A program made the translations under genes and the position numbers. 64,000 nt of DNA from Candidatus Nomurabacteria bacterium (GTDB taxonomy: Bacteria; Patescibacteriota; Minisyncoccia; Phycocordibacterales; UBA9973), in the NCBI GenBank assembly GCA_943354905.1, contig CALRDL010000001.1, positions 29,520 to 93,519 of the forward strand. The letters run 5' to 3'. Positions 60,250 to 64,000 of this stretch are shown piece after piece (the stretch's first letter is position 1; every line of letters begins with the position of its first letter). The notes beneath the pieces were generated by a model that was not told where the DNA came from, searched no databases, and worked only from the letters and a program-made list of their open reading frames with translations.

Positions 60250-61977
60250 TTGAACACAATCAAAAAAAATTTAAAAATAGATCTACTGAATAAAATCCCA
60301 AAAGAAGTTTCACATGTAACAAGTACGCTCAGAAAAGCAGGTTTTGAGGTTTTTTTGGTTGGAGGTTGTGTAAGGGATTTATTTCTTGATAGAGAACCAA
60401 AGGATTGGGACGTCACTACTAATGCCAAACCAGAGCAGATCATAGCCCTCTTTGAAAAGACTGTATATGAGAATACTTTCGGTACAGTCGGCGTAGTTGT
60501 TTCCCGTGAAACGGCTACACCTTCAAATCTCCACCTTGTGGAGGGGGAGATGCCGAAGGCAGAGGGGGTAATAGTGGAAGTCACCCCATACAGAATTGAA
60601 GCAAAATATAGCGATTTTAGACATCCTGATGAAGTAAAGTTTAGTGATAATCTAACAGATGACCTTAAAAGACGTGACTTCACCATTAACGCAATGGCTA
60701 TAGATTCTAAAGGACCCGCCCAAAGTCTAAAGGACATTGAGTCTGGCTGGCATCTAACTGACCTTTATGAAGGTATAAAGGACATAGAAAATAAAACATT
60801 ACGGACAGTGGGGAGTGCGGATGAGAGATTTAATGAAGATGCATTGCGAATGCTTCGGGCTGTGCGTTTTGCTTGCCAATTAAATTTTTCTATTTCTTCT
60901 GAAACTACAGAAAGTATTTTAAAAAATTCTAATTTGATAAAAGAAATTTCTTCAGAAAGAATTCGAGATGAATTTATAAAAATAATTTTATCAGATAATC
61001 CGGCAAGTGGTTTAGTTATGTTGCAAAAATTTGGATTATTAAAAAATATTATTCCTGAGCTTGAAGAGGGGATAGGTTGCGAACAATTAGGAGAACATAT
61101 CTATGATGTTTGGGACCATTTGCTTCATGCTCTCCAGCATGCAGCGGACAAGAAATGGCCTTTAGAAATAAGGCTTTCTGCTCTTTTTCATGATATTGGG
61201 AAGCCAAAGACTCGACGAATCGCTTCGCAGGAAAATGCTTTCCGTCATTCGCACTCTGTCCTGGAAGTGCAAGATAGTTCTGTTCGTAGCGAAGATTCCT
61301 CCAAGCATATTCCTGCTACACTCTCTCCCCGTGAGTCCGAGAATATTTTGTCCCCCAAGAGTAAAAAGAAATATACATTTTATGGTCATGAAGTTGTCGG
61401 TGCAAGAATAACGAAAAAAATAATGGAGAGATTAAAATTTTCTAAAAAAGAAATTGATCTGGTGGAAAAACTTGTTCGCAACCACATGTTTTTTTCTGAT
61501 ACTGAGCTTATCACTCTCTCTGCCGTGCGAAGAGTCGTTACTAAAGTCGGAGTAGATAATATTTGGTTTCTAATGAATGTCCGTGAATGTGATCGAGTGG
61601 GAATGAAAAAGAAAGAAGCTCCTTATCGCTTGCGCAAATATTTTGCTATGATCGAAGAAGCCCTCCATGACCCTATTTCCGTAGGAGCCTTGAAAATAAA
61701 CGGTGAATTTATGATAAAGGACATGTCCATTAAACCCGGACCACGCATGGGTTGGATGTTGAACGCACTTCTTGAAGAAGTCCTTGAAGACCCGAAAAAA
61801 AATACGATAGAATATCTAAAGGACAAAATTTTGGAACTCGAAAAACTTTCTGACGCAGAATTGAAAGCCCTTGGGGATAAAGGGAAAGAAAAAAAAGAAG
61901 AACTCGAAGAAGAAGAAGTCGAAAAACTTCACGCTAAGCATGGAGTGAGATCGGGTAAAGGTGAAGCAAAGAAGTAA
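60250..61977 (+). CDS. cca: CCA tRNA nucleotidyltransferase with HD domain; 2 insertions (start moved downstream of the tRNA)
   Basis: VGGCVRD..KDWDV, RRDFTINA, EDALRMLRA, HDIGK. Confidence 0.93.
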   Translation: MNTIKKNLKIDLLNKIPKEVSHVTSTLRKAGFEVFLVGGCVRDLFLDREPKDWDVTTNAKPEQIIALFEKTVYENTFGTVGVVVSRETATPSNLHLVEGEMPKAEGVIVEVTPYRIEAKYSDFRHPDEVKFSDNLTDDLKRRDFTINAMAIDSKGPAQSLKDIESGWHLTDLYEGIKDIENKTLRTVGSADERFNEDALRMLRAVRFACQLNFSISSETTESILKNSNLIKEISSERIRDEFIKIILSDNPASGLVMLQKFGLLKNIIPELEEGIGCEQLGEHIYDVWDHLLHALQHAADKKWPLEIRLSALFHDIGKPKTRRIASQENAFRHSHSVLEVQDSSVRSEDSSKHIPATLSPRESENILSPKSKKKYTFYGHEVVGARITKKIMERLKFSKKEIDLVEKLVRNHMFFSDTELITLSAVRRVVTKVGVDNIWFLMNVRECDRVGMKKKEAPYRLRKYFAMIEEALHDPISVGALKINGEFMIKDMSIKPGPRMGWMLNALLEEVLEDPKKNTIEYLKDKILELEKLSDAELKALGDKGKEKKEELEEEEVEKLHAKHGVRSGKGEAKK

Positions 61978-61978
61978 T

Positions 61979-62014
61979 TTGACAATTCTATACCAAAATA
62001 TATACTTTGGTATA
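61979..62014 (+). promoter_or_regulatory. TA promoter with operator palindrome
   Basis: TTGACA-16-TATACT overlapped by TATACCAAA/TTTGGTATA. Confidence 0.7.
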
Positions 62015-62280
62015 TGGATACAACAATGTTAATAAAAACAAATAAGGTTTTAAAAACTCGAGCTCAAAAACTTGCTAAAGAAATGGGGCTTCCTTTGGGC
62101 ACTTTGATCAATAATTATTTGAGAGATTTTATTATTGATAAGCAAGTAACATTCAATGCGCCAATGCCGAATAAAAAAACTCAAGCAGCAATTCTAGCTT
62201 CTAGGAGGGAATTAAAAGCAGGAAAGACAGCTGGACCTTTCAATTCAGTGGAGGGAATGATGAAAAGTTTAAATTCATAA
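62014..62280 (+). CDS. RelB/DinJ-family antitoxin
   Basis: RHH-like N-terminus; PNKKTQAAI..FNSVE. Confidence 0.8.
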   Translation: MDTTMLIKTNKVLKTRAQKLAKEMGLPLGTLINNYLRDFIIDKQVTFNAPMPNKKTQAAILASRRELKAGKTAGPFNSVEGMMKSLNS

Positions 62281-62283
62281 AAA

Positions 62284-62542
62284 ATGAAAGTTGATTATTC
62301 ACATTCTTTTAAAAAAGACTACAAAAAACTTCCTTTTATTATTGTGTAATAAATTTCGTGAACGAGTTGAACTTTTCAAGGAAAATCAATTTAGTCCAAT
62401 ATTAAATAATCATTCTGTGCATCACCCTTACGAAGGGTGCCAGAGTATAAATATAAGTGGCGATATACGAGCATTATTTGAAATGAATAAAGATAGTGTT
62501 CTTTTCGTTCGGGTGGGTTCTCATAGCGAACTTTACAAATAA
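62284..62542 (+). pseudogene. YafQ/RelE-family toxin, frameshifted near 62335
   Basis: MKVDYSHSFKKDYKKLP in one frame; ..NNHSV..SINISGDIR..VGSHSELY in the next. Confidence 0.8.
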
Positions 62543-62546
62543 TTTT

Positions 62547-64000
62547 CTAGTACACCTCTTGCTGATAGCAAGTCTCACAGTAAACTATTTCTTTTCGGTC
62601 GGGGGAATAGGAAGTTTCGAATTCGTTTTCACAGGCATGGCCTTTGTGGGCATGTTCCCTTGTATTTTTGTAAATTCCATTTGAAGAAGTATTGCCCAAG
62701 CATTGGCAACGTCTTTTCCAAAGTTTTATCGGATTTCTTGTCGATATTCTTTCACAGTAACGGCAGTTATAGCATAGTCTAGGTATCGGAATATTTAATC
62801 TTTTATAAAAATTGAACTCTGACTGGGTTATCTTGTAAGCTTTGGTGCATTGATGGGTGCAATCTCCTGCATGTTTGCAACTGATAACTTTTTGAGTTAT
62901 GGTACTATCTATCTCATTTAGAGAGTCCGGTAAATCATTTGCTGTTAGATCACTCTTGTATTCTTTAGAAATTCTTTCTCTCCAGAAATACCCTTTTGCT
63001 TCGGCTTCTTTTTTAGTGAGGGGAAATATTTCTTGAGCTACTGTCTCATTGTATCCAAAAGGGGAGAGATCACTTGGAAAGAAATCTCCATATACATAGG
63101 AGTTTCCTATGTTGTCTTTGTATTGCATAGTGTTGATATGCTCTATCAATTTCGGGATGAGTGCCAAATATTCTTCCTTCGAATACTGCTTATTAAAGAT
63201 GCAATAATTTTTATTGCGAAGCCCTACACAACCAAAAAGATTTGAGCAATTGTGGCAGTTGTAAGAATAAGAAACATCATGAGATTCGATAATAAACCTT
63301 GAACATATAACATTATTTCCGGGATATATGGTCGAGGCTTGATAAGAATTTTCTGAATTTTTACCAAAATGATCGCAGTCATAGCAATTTAGTACACTAG
63401 AATAGGCTAGCCAGATATTCGAGCAATCTTTAGCTCCATCAAAAACATCAAAACAATCTTTACAATTTTTTGTTCCTTCTAGATTGTCGCCAGATGAATT
63501 TATAGATCGTATTATACGAGCAAATTTGTGTGGATATTTTAAAATAAATTCTTCAAATTCTTTTTTATATTTTTGTATCTGAGAAAAAGAATTCAAGTTC
63601 ATCGCTTTTATTTTCTCTTCATAAGTTTTTTTATCGAATTGTTCGTTCCATATACAATATTGCGTGTTGCGTAGATTTACGCACCCAAAACAATCAGTGC
63701 AATTTTTGCAATTAAATAAAAAGGCAGAATCTATGCATCCTTCGCATTGCCGGCTGTATAAAAGTCTTGAACAAGAGATGCAATCGACACTCTCATAACT
63801 CAAATCACTTTTGGAAACCCAATGTAAGTCTATACTGTCTTTGGTGTTAAAAGTAAAACTGGAATACATGACGTTTTCATTAAAATCTCCACCGACTACG
63901 AGATAGCAATTTTTATTGCCTTCTGTAATGCTACAATAATCACTATTTATTCCGTTTAAATTTGCTAATGCGAAGTCTGGAACTTTTCGCCAGAGTCTTT
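62547..64000 (-). CDS. Cys-rich repeat / zinc-ribbon hypothetical protein (5' end beyond right edge)
   Basis: CxxCFGCVxLR repeats; YCETCYQQEVY. Confidence 0.8.
   Translation of the reverse strand, partial: RLWRKVPDFALANLNGINSDYCSITEGNKNCYLVVGGDFNENVMYSSFTFNTKDSIDLHWVSKSDLSYESVDCISCSRLLYSRQCEGCIDSAFLFNCKNCTDCFGCVNLRNTQYCIWNEQFDKKTYEEKIKAMNLNSFSQIQKYKKEFEEFILKYPHKFARIIRSINSSGDNLEGTKNCKDCFDVFDGAKDCSNIWLAYSSVLNCYDCDHFGKNSENSYQASTIYPGNNVICSRFIIESHDVSYSYNCHNCSNLFGCVGLRNKNYCIFNKQYSKEEYLALIPKLIEHINTMQYKDNIGNSYVYGDFFPSDLSPFGYNETVAQEIFPLTKKEAEAKGYFWRERISKEYKSDLTANDLPDSLNEIDSTITQKVISCKHAGDCTHQCTKAYKITQSEFNFYKRLNIPIPRLCYNCRYCERISTRNPIKLWKRRCQCLGNTSSNGIYKNTREHAHKGHACENEFETSYSPDRKEIVYCETCYQQEVY

Larger units (their letters stand above)
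59476..60513. promoter_or_regulatory. Cluster of six parS-like sites
   Basis: Near-matches to TGTTTCACGTGAAACA at 59476, 59618, 59711, 59763, 60306, 60498. Confidence 0.75.

Overview
AT-rich chromosomal segment. Gene content (compact dnaA region, a PrgI/VirB4/VirB6/pilin T4SS-like cluster, DUF5663-like and Cys-rich hypothetical proteins, many apparently leaderless genes) points to a Patescibacteria/CPR (Parcubacteria-like) genome; this taxonomy is inferred. The window contains the probable replication origin (dnaN-oriC-dnaA / rpmH-rnpA-yidD-yidC-jag), DNA repair/replication genes (uvrB, holA-like, polA, ruvB, ruvC, pcrA), tyrS, PBP1A, pilB, rsmA, a CCA-adding enzyme, five tRNAs, a parS-like cluster, a complete IS66 with a nonsense mutation, a RAYT with REPs, two TA loci with broken toxins, and a GC-rich two-gene island. 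Most unusual features: (1) an integrase-free array of nuclease cassettes separated by repeated copies of the 5' end of the VirB6-like gene, each nuclease gene followed by a convergent promoter plus a small hairpin RNA; (2) housekeeping genes carrying many in-frame palindromic insertions from at least six families; (3) a four-helix-bundle gene enclosed by 32-bp heptamer-based inverted repeats; (4) a compact c-di-AMP-riboswitch-like element and an unassigned ~150-nt structured RNA. All protein assignments are by visual motif recognition, not database search.
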